Part shown: positions 35,572 through 48,834 of the stretch, piece after piece
Position numbering within the stretch: the stretch's first letter is position 1
How the letters are laid out: each line of letters starts with the position of its first letter
Origin: Pristiophorus japonicus
Taxonomy: Eukaryota
Reading direction: 5' to 3'
DNA length: 64,000 bases
Assembly: GCF_044704955.1 (NCBI RefSeq)
Contig: NC_091988.1
Span: 31,248,001 to 31,312,000 of the forward strand
The notes under the pieces: model-generated
What the model saw: only the letters and a program-made list of their open reading frames with translations
What the model was told of the DNA's origin: nothing
Databases searched by the model: none
Position numbers and translations under genes: made by a program

Positions 35572-35984
35572 GTAAGTTGGATGTTTCAAAATTGTGACAT
35601 TTGTTGGATAAGAGTTTCCTTCAAGTAGTTTCCTCAGCTTCAGCATATAAAAACCCTGTTATGTAATGAAGTTGAGGTGATATGTTATGTAATGCAATGA
35701 GTATTCAACTTTGATGGGGGATGCAAAATGGCTGTAGTGGATTGACCTCCTTAATGCACCCTTCCTGATTTTCCTTTCCAATGATCCACTACTGTTTTGC
35801 ACTCCCATCAAAGTGGAATTTCATCCCCACTGATTTTAAATTCATGCTGTTACTGAAGCCAAATGGTGGAAGATCACTTGCATGATATGTTATCTTTAGC
35901 TCATTTGTGAAGCAAACTCTAATATTCCATTGCCACCATATTAGGAATTTCTTCATGTGATCTATAAATTTGCCAAAAGACCAT

Positions 35985-38130
35985 TTCACAAAAGCAGGAA
36001 ACTATAGACCAGTTAACCTAACATCTGTCGTTGGGAAAATGCTGGAGTCCATTATTAAGGAAGCAGTAACGGGACATTTGGAAAAGCATAATTCAATCAA
36101 GCAGAGTCAGCATGATTTTATGAAAAGGAAATTGTGTTTGACAAATTTGCTGGGGTTCTTTGAGGATGTAATGAGCAGGGTGGATAAGGGGGAACCAGTG
36201 GATGTGGTGTATTTGGATTTCCAGAAGACATTCTATAAGGTGCTACATAAGAGGCTACTGCGCAAAATAAAAGCTCGGGGGGGTAGGGGTAATATATTAG
36301 CATGGATAGAGGATTGGCTAACTAACAGAAAACAGAGAGTCAGGATAAATGGGTCATTTTCCGATTGGCAAACAGTAACTAGTGGGGTGCCGCAGGGATC
36401 GGTGCTGGGGCCTCCACTATTTACAATCTATATTAATGACTTGGATGAAGGGACTGAGTGTAATGTAGCCAAGTTTGCTGATGATACAAAGATGTGTGGG
36501 AAAGCAAATTGTGAGGAGGACACAAAAAATCTGCAAAGGGATACAGACAGGCTAAGTGAGAGGGCAAAAATTTGGCAGATGGAGTATAATGTGGGAAAAT
36601 GTGAGGTAGAAAAAATGGGAAAGCAAATTATAATTTAAATGGAGAAAAATTGCAAAGTGCTGCAGTACAGAGGGACCTGGGGGTCCTTGTGCATGAAACA
36701 CAAAAAGTGAGTTTGCAGGTACAGCAAGTAATCAGGAAAGCAAATGGAATGTTGGCCTTTATTGCAAGGGGGATAGAGTATAAAAGCAGAGAAGTCCTGC
36801 TACAACTGTACAGGGTATTGGTGAGGCCACACCTGGAGTACTGTGTGAAGTTTTGGTCTCCGTATTTAAGGAAGGATATACTTGCATTGGAGGCTGTTCA
36901 GAGAAGGTTCACTAGGTTGATTCCGGAGATGAAGGGGTTGACTTATGAGGAGGATAGGTTGGGCCTATACACATTGGAGTTCAGAAGAATGAGAGGTGAT
37001 CTTATTGAAACTTATAAGATAATGAGGGGGCTCGGCAAGATGGATGCAGAGAGGATATTTCCACTCATAGGGCTCAATTTTCCCCAATATTGGGAGCAGC
37101 TGCTTTTTTGGCCTAACTTAAAAATCCCCAGTTTCCCCAATCAATTTACACCGGCGTATTTTAGTTAGTTAGGAACTTTTTACGTCAGTTTTTTTTCAGC
37201 CAAAGGGGTGTAACCAGCCACCTACGCCACTTCTGGCCATTTAGGGAAGATTCGCCAGCTGAAAGTTACTCCAGTTCTGATTAGGCCAGTGTATGGCCTG
37301 TCCCGTAAAACCTTCCCTAGAGTTGGGAAAATCAGCACAGATAAGGGAGGTGGCGCAACAGATGCCCAGACACACTGAAAAAATTGAAAAACACATAGCA
37401 GCAACTTACCTCCAACACCGCCCGAAGGCTGTCCGATCCCATTCTTGGTCCCCAGTTCACACACACACTTCAGTCCAATCTCCGTCCCTGGTTCACACAC
37501 ACAGTTCAGTCCGCGGGTGGGGTGGTGGTGTGAGAGAGAGAGACCAGACAGCCTTCGGGCGGGCTTGGAGGTAAGTTGGTGCTATGTGTTTTCTTTTAAT
37601 GTTTTGGAGGTGGCTGTATGCTTCACTTTTCAGCTCAGCTCACATTGCGTCCCTGGTTACCATAGCAGCCCAATCTTTTTGGCGCAGATCAAGGCGCCAC
37701 CCCCAAAACCAAAGGTCGGGTTCGGCCACGCCAAAATGAAGAGATCCAACGGGGAAACTTGCAACACTTTTTTGGTGTATTTGGGCCCCAAAAAATCGAG
37801 CATAACTCTTCAAGTGCGCAAAAAAAATGCTTTGGGGAAAATTGAGCCCATAGTCTTAGAATAAGGGGCTGCCCATTTAAAACTGAGAGGAGCAGAAATT
37901 TCTTCTGAGGGTTGTAAATCTATGGAATTCTCTGCCCCGGAGAGCTGTGGATGCTGGGTCATTGAATATATTTAAGGCGGAGATAGACAGATTTTTGAGT
38001 AATAAGGGAGTAAAGGGATATGGGGAGCGGGCAGGGAAGTGGAGCTGAGTCCATGATCAGATCAGCCATGATCTTATTAAATGGTGGAGCAGGCTCGAGG
38101 GGCCAAATGGCCTATTCCTGCTCCTTTTTC
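35985..38130 (+). mobile_element. 5'-truncated CR1 LINE (RT to 3' UTR) interrupted by a MITE
   Basis: ORFs 35970-36638 and 36650-37168 ([26 protein letters not shown]); the 3' part resumes at 37850. Confidence 0.93.
37070..37849. mobile_element. Non-autonomous PIF/Harbinger MITE (780 bp)
   Basis: Perfect 18-bp TIRs GGGCTCAATTTTCCCCAA / TTGGGGAAAATTGAGCCC; ATA on both flanks (3-bp TSD). Confidence 0.92.
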
Positions 38131-38164
38131 TTATCCACTTATAATGATTGCAATGTTCTTGTTC

Positions 38165-40650
38165 GTGCTGACATCACGGAGACATGGCACCAGCGTGACC
38201 AAGGCTGGGAACTCAACATCCAAGGGGATTCAGCATTTAGGAAGGATAGACAGAAAGGAACAGGAGGTGGGGTGGCGTTGCTGGTTAAAGAGGAAATCAA
38301 TGCAATTGTAAGGAAGGACATTAGCCTGGATGATGTGGATGGATGGAACTGCGGAATTCCAAAGGGCAGAAAACGCTAGTGGGAGTTGTGTATAGGCCAC
38401 CAAATAGTAGTAGTGAGGTTGGGGACCGCATCAAACAAGAAATAAGGGATGTGTGCAATAAAGGTACAGCAGTAATCATGGGCGACTTTAATCTACATAT
38501 AGATTGGGCTAACCTAACTGGTAGCAATGCGGTGGAGGAGGATTTCCTGGAGTGTATTAGTGATGGTTTTCTAGACCAATATGTCGAGGAACCAACCACG
38601 GAGCTGGCCATCCTAGACTGGGTGATGTGTAATGAGAAGGGACTAATTAGCAATCTTGTTGTGCGAGGTTTGGGGAAAAGTGACCATAATATGGTAGAAT
38701 TCCTTAAGATGGAGAGTGACAAAGTTAATTCGGAAATTAGGGTCCTGAACTTAAGGAAAGGTAACTTCGACGGTATGAGGTGTGAATTGGCAAGAATAGA
38801 CTGGCAAATGATACTTAAAGGGTTGACGGTGGATAAGCAATGGCAAACATTTAAAGATCACATGGGTGAACTTCAGCAATTGTACATACCTGTCTGGAGT
38901 AAAAATAAAACTGGGAAGATGGCTCAGCCATGGCTAACAAGGGAAATTAAGGATAGTGTTAAAACCAAGGAAGAGGCATATAAATTGGCTAGAAAAAGCA
39001 ACAAACCTGAGGACTGGGAGAAATTTTGAATTCAACAGAGGAGGACTAAGGGTTTAATTAAGAAGGGGAAAATAGAGTACAAGAGGAAGCTTGCAGGGAA
39101 CATAAAAACTGACTGCAAAAGCTTCTATAAATATGTGAAGAGAAGAAGATTAGTAAAGACAAACGTAGGTCCCTTGCAGTCGGATTCAGGTGAATTTATA
39201 ATGGGGAACAAAGAAATTGCAGACCAATTGAACCAATACTTCGGTTCTGTTTTCACAAAGGAAGATACAAATAACCTTCTGAATGTACTAGGGGACAGTG
39301 GGTCTAGTGAAAATGAGGAACTGAAAGATATCCTTATTAGGCGGGAAATTGTGTTAGGAAAATTGATGGGATTAAAGGCCGATAAATCCCCGGGTCCTGA
39401 TAGTTTGCATCCCAGAGTACTTAAGGAAGTGGCGCTAGAAATAGTGGATGCATTGGTGATCATTTTCCAACAATCTATCGACTCTGGATCAGTTCCTATG
39501 GACTGGAGGGTAGCTAATGTAACACCACTTTTTAAAAAAGGAGGGAGAGAGAAAGCGGGCAACTATATACCGGTTAGCCTGACATCAGTAGTGGGGAAAA
39601 TGTTGGAATCAATCATTAAGAATGAAATAGCAGCCCATTTGGAAAGCAGTGACAGGATCGGACTGAGTCAGCATGGATTTATGAAAGGCAAATCATGCTT
39701 GACGTATCTTCTGGAATTTTTTGAGGATGTAACTAGGAGAGTGGACAAGGGAGAACCAGTGGATGTGGTGTATTTGTACTTTCAAAAGGCTTTTTGACAA
39801 GGTCCCGCACAAGAGATTGGTGTACAAAATCAGAGCGCATGGTATTGGAATTAATGTACTGACCTGGATAGAGAACTGGTTGGCAGACAGGGAGCAGAGA
39901 GTCGGGATAAACGGGTCCTTTTCAGAATGGCAAGCAGTTACTAGTGAGGTGCCGCAGGGTTCAGTGCTGGGACCCCAGCTCTTTACAATATACATTAACG
40001 ATTTGGATGAAGGAATTGTCCAAGTCACCCTGCAGCCTCTTGGCGTCCTCCTCACAGCTTACACCGCCACCCAGTTTAGTGTCATCCGCAAACTTGGAGA
40101 TATTACATAGAAACATAGAAAATAGGTGCAGGAGTAGGCCATTCAGCCCTTCTAGCCTGCACCGCCATTCAATGAGTTCATGGCTGAACATGAAACTTCA
40201 GTACCCCTTTCCTGCTTTCTCGCCATACCCCTTGATCCCCCGAGTAGTAAGGACTTCATCTAACTCCCTTTTGAATATATTTAGTGAATTGGCCTCAACT
40301 ACTTTCTGTGGTAGAGAATTCCACAGGTTCACCACTCTCTGGGTGAAGAAGTTTCTCCTCATCTCGGTCCTAAATGGCTTACCCCTTATCCTTAGACTGT
40401 GACCCCTGGTTCTGGACTTCCCCAACATTGGGAACATTCTTCCTGCATCTAACCTGTCTGACGGGTTTATTGGATATATTCAAGAGGGAGTTAGATATGG
40501 CCCTTACGGTTAAGGAGATCAAGGGGTATGGAGAGAAAGCAGGAAAGGGGTACTGAAGGAATGATCAGCCATGATCTTATTGAATGGCGGTGCAGGCTCG
40601 AAGGGCCGAATGGCCTACTCCTGCACCAATTTTCTATGTTTCTATGTTTC
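38165..40650 (+). mobile_element. CR1 LINE (APE to 3' end) rearranged by an internal inversion, a deletion and an antisense CR1 insertion
   Basis: ORFs 38343-39029, 39135-39797 and 39763-40018 are colinear ORF2. 40019-40107 is inverted, 40105-40459 is a minus-strand CR1 3' end, and 40470-40650 is a plus-strand 3' end with a TTCTATGT tail. Confidence 0.9.
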
Positions 40651-41656
40651 TGACAACCACAAATTATATCACTTCTGACTAACGGAATTGCTGATTTAAC
40701 GTTTGTTTTTGCACCTGCACACACAGTAATTCTAGCCCAGCAAGGAGTTAGCAGTGTAAAATTCAACTTCAGGGGCAAAAACAGATGGTAGCGGATTGGA
40801 CTCCATTATACACCCACCTGATTTTTCTTTCCATTCACTTCACTGTGGATTTGTTATCCACCAATTTGGTTGGAGGTGGGCCATGTTCAGATTTCTGTAC
40901 AGGAGGTGGCCACACATATCAATTCTGAGAGCAACAAGCAGGGAACATGGTTGCAAGTTAAAAAGACATTTGGAGACCTCCCATGGTCTGCAAAAGTATG
41001 TCCAAAGTAATGCACAGCATATTGTAATCTTTCAGGCCCTTCACATTATCTAACGCTCATGTTAATCCTTACCATATATATCCACTTGGGCATAGCATGT
41101 AGCAACTCCATCTACAGTGGAAACTTCAAAAACTACAGAAACCTTGGCCTTCTTTAGTCATCCTGTGCTGTTGTTTGGTTTCCAAATGCTGACAGATTGG
41201 ATTAGACCAAGCATCACCAAAACTTTGCAGATCTCTTTAGTATTATCGGGTCTGTTGTCAAGCAGATCAGTGAGCACAGTGAGGCATGGACCAGGAGTAG
41301 GGGCATACAGCAGCTAGCACGGATGATGGGTCTACCTATCTATCTGTCTGTCTGATATATATTTATGTTATAATATATTATTTTCCCCTTGCAACTTTTT
41401 TTTTATTTTCACCCTATAGGGAAGTCCATTGCCTCTACTCAGTGCTTCATCCTGATTAGAAACTTAATGTGCGGAGAATAGTGGATGTAATGCTGTATTA
41501 ATAGTGATAAGCCTATGCTTCATCTGTTGCCAATGCCTTTTGAATTGTTTATTAAAAATTACTCTCTTATTTGATTAAACTTGTATATGCACCTACAAGG
41601 TACAAAGAAGATTTAGTCGTCAAAGGCTTAATTTTTTAATTTGCTATTATTTATAG

Positions 41657-41747
41657 GATTGATGATGCACGTAGGATTTATGAAGAAACCGTGTATGAAC
41701 TTGAGAAACAGGATCCCATTCCTCCTGAGCCTCAGCTGCCTTCTACA
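41657..41747 (+). CDS. DNAH12-like dynein heavy chain, second coding exon
   Basis: TTATAG acceptor, phase-compatible with the previous exon; encodes IDDARRIYEETVYELEKQDPIPPEPQLPST (compare DNAH12 IDGAKRNLDRTLGKRTPLLPPPDYPQT); GTAAGT donor; 91 nt. Confidence 0.8.
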
Positions 41748-42539
41748 GTAAGTGCCTATTGTGTTTTGATAAGTGTTCAAAAAACCAAATATCAAAATAT
41801 GGTACATGGCAATATGAGTACAGTGGCACTCAAAAGCAATTCTATCAGCAAGTAATTCTGTTTATTAATTCTGAATATAAAGAAAAAACTTGCATTTTAT
41901 TGTGCCTTACACAACCTCACGATGTCCCAAAGTACTTCACAGCTAATGCTGTTTTTTAAAAAAAAAAAGTGTTGTCACTGTTGCATTGTAGGGAAATACG
42001 GCAACCAATTTATTCATAGCAAATTGATAGGAGACATTTGTAAGTTTTATGATTTTCTTCATCCATTCCGAATCTCCACCTTAGTATTTCCCGCTCAATT
42101 AAATCCTCATACTTCATGGCAAACATTGAACTAAGTAAATTTGCAAAGATTTCTGAGAATCTTGATTAACTCTTTAGCATTGCACAAAGGGAGTGAAGAC
42201 TAAATATAGTTTTCAGATGAAGTGGTGCTCGAAGGCAGGATATAATTCAACCAGAGTAAGTAAACAAAAATTAGTCCCCATATTAAGGTAATGCATTCAG
42301 TATGCATTTTTATATAATACACTGATTTTATATTAGTATTATTTATAGTTAAATAGCAAAACTAATAATTTAGGGAAGTGCAGAGAGATAAAGTTGATAA
42401 CCGAAGCACAGGATTTTCTCTGCAGTACAGGTTGAGGAGCTGGGAAATGTGAAATTGGGGCACAATTGTGCCGCCACTGGTGAGTGAGTATAATTACAGC
42501 GTGACAAATAATCAAAAATAAGTTCAAACCCATTTCCAT

Positions 42540-42880
42540 GCACAAGGGCCGCCAGGTCCCTCTGTAATGCAACACTTTGCAATTTTTCTCCATTTAAATA
42601 GTAATTTGCTTTTCTATTTTTTTCTGTCAAAATGGATAACCTCACATTTTACCACATTATACTCCATCTGCCAAATTTTTGCCCATTCACTTAGCCTGTC
42701 CATATCCCTTTGCAGATTTTTTGTGTCCTCCTCACAACTTGCTTTCCCACCCATCTTTGTATCATCAGCAAACTTGGCTACATTACACTCGGTCCCTTCA
42801 TCCAAGTCAATAATATAGATTGTAACTAGTTGAGGACCCAGCACCGATCCCTACGGCACCTCACTAGTCACTGTTTGCAT
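42540..42880 (-). mobile_element. CR1 RT fragment
   Basis: ORF 42614-42844: LGPQL..DLDEGTECNVAKFADDTK..WQMEYNV. Confidence 0.85.
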
Positions 42881-42884
42881 ATTT

Positions 42885-43260
42885 AAAATAAATTAGAATG
42901 TTTTAACGGGGCTAAAAATAAACTTAATTTGTTGGACAGGGTTTTTAATGTATAAGTGAGTGATATTTTATTTTTCTATTTTTGAAAACTCTTATGCTGG
43001 TAAAAGTATGCCTTGCGCTTACTTTTACCAAGCATAAGAATTTCAAGGGCATTCGCTGGGCAGAAGTTTGACAAATAGCCCAACTCTCCACGCACGAATG
43101 TCCTTTTCTTTCGGATTTGTATGATCTGTCAAGATGATTCTTGGTTTCAGGATTCGGGTTTGAGCACATGCGCAGTGCATGCCTAAACCCAAAACTTGCG
43201 GGGTCACTATGGGCGCATGCGCATCTCGTATGCACCCATAGGGGCTGCAAGTTCAGCCCC
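42885..43260. mobile_element. Harbinger-type MITE fragment
   Basis: Ends GGGCTGCAAGTTCAGCCCC; shares GCGCATGCGCA-type motifs with the element starting near 54944, in inverse orientation. Confidence 0.5.
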
Positions 43261-43939
43261 ATTATATTACTCGTTGATTTCCCATGATATTGCACATGAA
43301 GAGTGAAGATCAAGTCTAGTCTTCAGGTGAAAGTGGATTAGCGGCCAGGGGATAATTTCAGCAGTTCATGCAGATTCAATTCAGACTCAATCTTAGTCAT
43401 ATATTCTGTGCTTATTTTTATATTTCCATTATAAATTTATTTTGCTGTATTTATAATGGAAACTGCCCATGTAAACTTTGCATACCCTTCCCCAGCAGTG
43501 GTTGCTACTGGGTGAGGGGTAACTATAGTGTGACAAATTTCCATAAGCAGTTCCCATTATAAATGTGGAAATCATAACTTATCATGGAGAAAGTGGTCAG
43601 GAAGTGCATGCTGATGTAAGATTTTTCATTTAATACTTCCATGTTATTGCACACCATGTTATTGCACTAGTCTCTGCTGTCTTTGTGTTGGTAGGTGGTA
43701 TAGCATAGTGTGTCAGGGAATACATCCACCAATGGCTGCAGGTTGCAGGGTAGGGTTACTGGGTAAATGTAGTCCTCAGCAGCCCAAGCACAAATGCTTC
43801 CCACTGCTCCTTCCTCTTGCTCCCATTTCCTCACTGTCATTACTGCCTCTACCTCTTCCTCTCTGAACTACCCACTGAAGACCTTTATCTTCCCCTCTCC
43901 CTTTCTCTGCTATCGTTCACCTCACCTTTAATCGTGCGA

Positions 43940-45960
43940 ACAATGACGGATAGGTAAAGATCATCTGGTCCATCGAGCCTGTCCCACACAATTGTGATAC
44001 CTTTGGATCACAATATATACACTCTACCCCACCCGAAACCATGTGATCTCCCGGGAGGGGCAAAAAAACAGATTTAAAAATCCAGGCCAATTTGGGAAAA
44101 AGGAATCTGGAAAATTCCTCTCCGACCCATCTAGGCGATCAAAACTAGTCCAGGAGATCACTTTGGCCTTGAATTCCCTGCAGTACCTACCTTCTGTAAG
44201 AGGTGATCTCCACTGCAGCCAGAAACAAATCCAGCTTTCGCTTGAAGGAATTCGCGAGTCTGCATCCACCACATGATACGGCAGCTTGTTCCAGAGGTCT
44301 ACTATTCTCTGGGAAAAGAACCACTTCCTGACGTCTAACCGAGATCTAGCCCTATACAACTTAAATTTGTGGGCCTTGGACCTGCCTAACCTATTTAATT
44401 GAAATTAACTGTAAGCTTGAACACCATCTATTCCCTTCATTATCTTATAAACCTCAATCAAATCTCCCCAAAGTCTACGCTGGTCTAAAGTATAGAGCCT
44501 CAACTCTCTTAGCCTATTTTGATAACTAAGATGCTTTAAACTTTGGAATTAGTCTAATGGCCCTCTTCTGCACCCTTTCCAGAGCATCAATATCATCCAT
44601 CATGTGAGGAGACCAAAACTGGACACTATTTCAAGTGTGGCCTGACTAAGGTCTTGTACAAGTTCAAAACAGTACACCTCATCTTGTATTCAATTGTCCT
44701 ATGGATACAACCCAACACCCCATTTGCTCTAGCTATCACTGCATGGCCTTGCTCATGTACCTTTAAGGATGTATGCATGTGAATGCCCAAATCTCTTTCT
44801 ATGTCCACCATCTTTAATTCCTTTCCCTGTATGAATGTTGAGCATTTGCCCTGCCCACATGCATAACACTGCACTTACCTAGGTTATACATCATTTTCCA
44901 GTTTTGAGCCCAATCTCCCAACATATTAAGATCTGCCTGAAGCAGACGAGCATCTTCTACAGTTCTAACACTCACACAGATCTTGGTTATCATCTGCAAA
45001 TTTGAAAATTGTGCCCCCAACCCCAACATCCAGATAATTAATAAAAATAGTAAATAGCAACGGTCCCTGATCTCTGCGGGACACCATTGGTGACCGATCT
45101 CCAAACAGATCCAAATCCATCTATAACTACTCTTTGCCTACATCCTGCCAGCCAGTTCTGAATCCAACTCAATATATTTCCACTAATATTGGAGGCTCTG
45201 ATCTTCTAGAGAAGCATCTTATGCGGTACCTTGTCAAAAGCTTTTTGGAAACCTAAGTAGACAATGTCTACTGGGCTTCCCTCATGCACCAACTTTGTAA
45301 CTTTTTCAAAGAATACAATTAGATTTGTGAGACATGACTTATTTTTTATGAAGCCATGTTAGGTGTCCCTAATATGTCCCTCCCTTTCCAAGTATTCATA
45401 TATTGCATCCCTCATGATTCCTTCAAGTATCTTGCCTATTACCGATGTTAAACTGATGGCCTAGAGTTACCCAGTCTATCTTGTCACCTTCTTTAAAATT
45501 GGGAACTGCATTAGCCTCCTTCCAATCTGTAGGAACCATTCCAGAGTGCAGTGAGCTATTAAAATACAGGCCAGGGGCTTGCACAGCACATGTCCCATCT
45601 CCCAGAGGACCCTTGAGTGGATATCATCCAGCCTGGCTGCTCTATCTATTTTCAAGTTCTTAATTCTTTCTAAAACAATATGTTTATCTATGTTAATGTT
45701 ACTAACAAAACTATTATTATTAAATTATAATATTCAAGCATCATCTTCAAGGGTGAAGACTGATGCAAAGTACTAATTTAATATTTCTGCCATACTTCGT
45801 GAGTGCTTTTGTAACCTGTCCTTGAACACACTTCAGCCTTTGATAGTTCTCTGACACTTCACATAACTAAAAATGCTCTTCCCATCACTGCTATGGTTAT
45901 CTACAATTCTTTTTTCCATTGGCCTATTGGCTGATCTCCATCTTCTCTCCCTCAGTCCCC
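43940..45960 (-). mobile_element. Older CR1 LINE of a different subfamily
   Basis: Minus ORFs 44024-44359 (RLDVRKWFFSQRIVDLWNKLP), 44626-44874 (ERDLGI..LYKTLVRPHL) and 44814-45104, with many stops. Confidence 0.85.
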
Positions 45961-48431
45961 TTAAGAGTAAACATATAGAAACATAGAAAATAGGTGCTGG
46001 AGCAGGCCATTCGGCCCTCCGAGCCTGCACCACCATTCAATATGATCATGCAACTTCAGTACTGCATTCCTGCTTTCTCTCCATATCCCTTGATCCCTAT
46101 AGCCATAAGGGCCACATCTAACTCCCCTTTGAATATATCGAACGAACTGGCCTTAACAACCTTCAGTGGCAGAGAATTCCACAGATTCAAAATTCTGAGT
46201 GAAGAAGTTTCTCCTCATCTCGGTCCTAAATGGCTTACCCCTTATTGTTCGACTGTGACCCCTGGTTCTGGACTTCCCCAACATCGGGAACATTCTTCCC
46301 GCATCTAACCTGTCCAATCCCATCAGAATTTTACATATTTCTGAGATCCCCCTCCTCATTCTTCTAAATTCCATTGAATATAAGCCTAGTTGATCCAGCT
46401 TTTCTTCATATGTCAGTCCTGCCATCCAGGGAATCAGTCTGATAAACCTTTGCTGCACTCCCTCAATAGCAAGAATGTCCTTCCTCAGATTAGGAGACCA
46501 AAACTGTACACAATATTCGAGGTGAGGCCTCACCAAGACCCTGTACAACTGCAGTAAGACCTCCCTGCTCCTATGCTCAAATTCCCTAGCTATGAAGGCC
46601 AACATGCCATTTGCTTTCTTGACCGTCTGCTGTACCTGCATGCCAACTTTCAATGACTGATGTACCATGACACCCAGGTCTCATTGCACCTCCCCTTTTC
46701 CTAATCTGTCACCATTCAGATAATATTCTACCTTCCTGTTTTTGCCACCAAAGTGGATAACCTCACATTTATCTACATTACACTGCACCTGCCATGCATT
46801 TGCCCACTCACCCAACGTGTCCAAGTCACCCTGCAGTCTCTTGGCATCCTCCTCACAGCTCACACTGCTACCCAGCTTAGTGTCATCTGCAAACTTGGAG
46901 ATATTACATTCAATTCCTTTGTCTAAATCATTAATGTATACTCTAAATAGCTGGGGTCCCAGCACTGAATCCTGCGGTACCCCACTAGTCACTGCCTGCC
47001 ATTCTGAAAAGGACCCGTTTATTCCTACTCTTTGCTTCCTGTCTGCCAACCAGTTCTGTATCCACGTCAATACATACCCCCAGTACCATGTGCTTTAATT
47101 TTGCACACTAATCTCTTGTGTGGCACCTTGTCAAAAGCCTTTCCAAGTTCAAATACACCACATCCACTGGTTCTCCCTTGTCCACTCTACTAGTTACATC
47201 CTCAAACAATTCTAGAAGATTTGTCAAGCATGATTTCCCTTTCACCGATCCTGTCACTGCTTTCCAAATGCGCTGCTATTTCATCTTTTATAATTGATTT
47301 CAACATTTTCCCCACTACCGATGTCAGGCTAACTGACCTATAATTCCTTGTTTTCTCACTCCCTCCTTTTTTAAAAAGTGGTGTTACATTAGCTACCCTC
47401 CAGTCCATAGAAACTGATCCAAAGTCCATGGAATGTTGGAAAATGACCACCAATGCATCTACTATTTCTAGGGCCACTTCCTTAAGTACTCTGGAATGCA
47501 GACTATCAGGCCCTGGGGATTTATTGGCCTTCAATCCCATCAATTTCCCTAATACCATTTCCTGACTAATAGGATTTCCCTCAGTTCCTCCTTCTCGCTA
47601 GACCCTCGGTCCCCTAGTATTTCCGGAGGGTTATTCGTGTCTTTCTTAGTGAAGACAGAACCAAAGTATTTGTTCAATTGGTCTGCCTTTTCTTTGTTCC
47701 CTATTATAAATTTACCTGATTCTGACTGCAAGGGACCTACATTTGTCTTCACTAATATTTTTCTCTTCACATTTATAGAAGCTTTTGCAGTCAGTTTTTA
47801 TGTTCTCTGCAAGTTTACTCTCATACTCTATTTTCCCCCTCCTAATTAAACCCTTTGTCCTCTGCTGAATTCTAAATTTCTCCCAGTCCTCAGGGTTGCT
47901 GCTTTTTCTGGCCAATTTTTATGCCTCTTCCTTGGATTTAACACTATCCCTAATTTCCCTTGTTAGCCACGATGATGAGCCGCCTTCCCTATTTTATTTT
48001 TACGCCAGACAGTGATGTACATTTGTTGAAGTTTATCCATGTTGTCTTTAAATGTCTGCCATTGCCTATCCACCGTCAAACCCTTCAAGTATCATTCACC
48101 AGTCTATCCTAGCCAATTCACGTCTCATACCATCAAAGTTAGCTTTCTTTAAGTTCAGGATCCTAGTCTTTGAATTAACTGTGTCACACTCCACGTTAAT
48201 GAAGAATTCTACCATATTATGGTCACTCTTCCCCAAGGGGGCTCGCACAACAAGATTGCTAATTAATCCTCTCTCATTACACAACTCCCAGTCTAGAATG
48301 GCCAGCTCTCTAGTTGGTTCCTCAACATATTGGTCTAGAAAACCATCCCTTATACACTCCAGGAAATCCTCCTCCACTGTATTGCTACCAGTTTGGTTAG
48401 CCCAATCTATTTGTAGATTAAAGTCACCCAT

Positions 48432-48834
48432 GCGGCAGTTGGTGAGAGGCGGGAGCAGCGTCGGAGCGGCCTATAAAAGGCCCAACGGGTGTTCCACAGG
48501 CAGCGGCAGTTGGTGGGAGGCGGGAGCAGCGTCGGAGCGGCCTATAAAGGCCCAGCGGGTGTTCCACAGGCAGCGGCAGTTGGTGAGAGGCGGGATCAGC
48601 GTCGGAGCGACCTATAAAGGCCCAGCGGGTGTTCCACAGGCAGTGGCAGTTGGTGAGAGGCGGGAGCAGTGTCGGAGCGGCCTATAAAAGGCCCAGCGGG
48701 TGTTCCACAGGCAGCGGCAGTTGGTGAGAGGTGGGAGCAGTGTCGGAGCGGCCTATAAAAGGCCCAGCGGGTGTTCCACAGGCAGCGGCAGTTGGTGAGA
48801 GGCGGGAGCAGCGTCGGAGCGGCCTATAAAAGGC
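48432..48834 (+). repeat. Tandem 70-71 bp monomer array (about 5.7 copies) in the CR1 5' UTR
   Basis: Unit GCGGCAGTTGGTGAGAGGCGGGAGCAGCGTCGGAGCGGCCTATAAA(A)GGCCCAGCGGG(T)GTTCCACAGGCA, starting at 48432, 48503, 48573, 48643, 48714 and 48785. Confidence 0.93.

Noticed and set aside
48432-48834. CRISPR-like or tRNA/snRNA gene array
   Set aside because: These are head-to-tail monomers without spacers, continuous with the CR1 5' UTR and ORF1.
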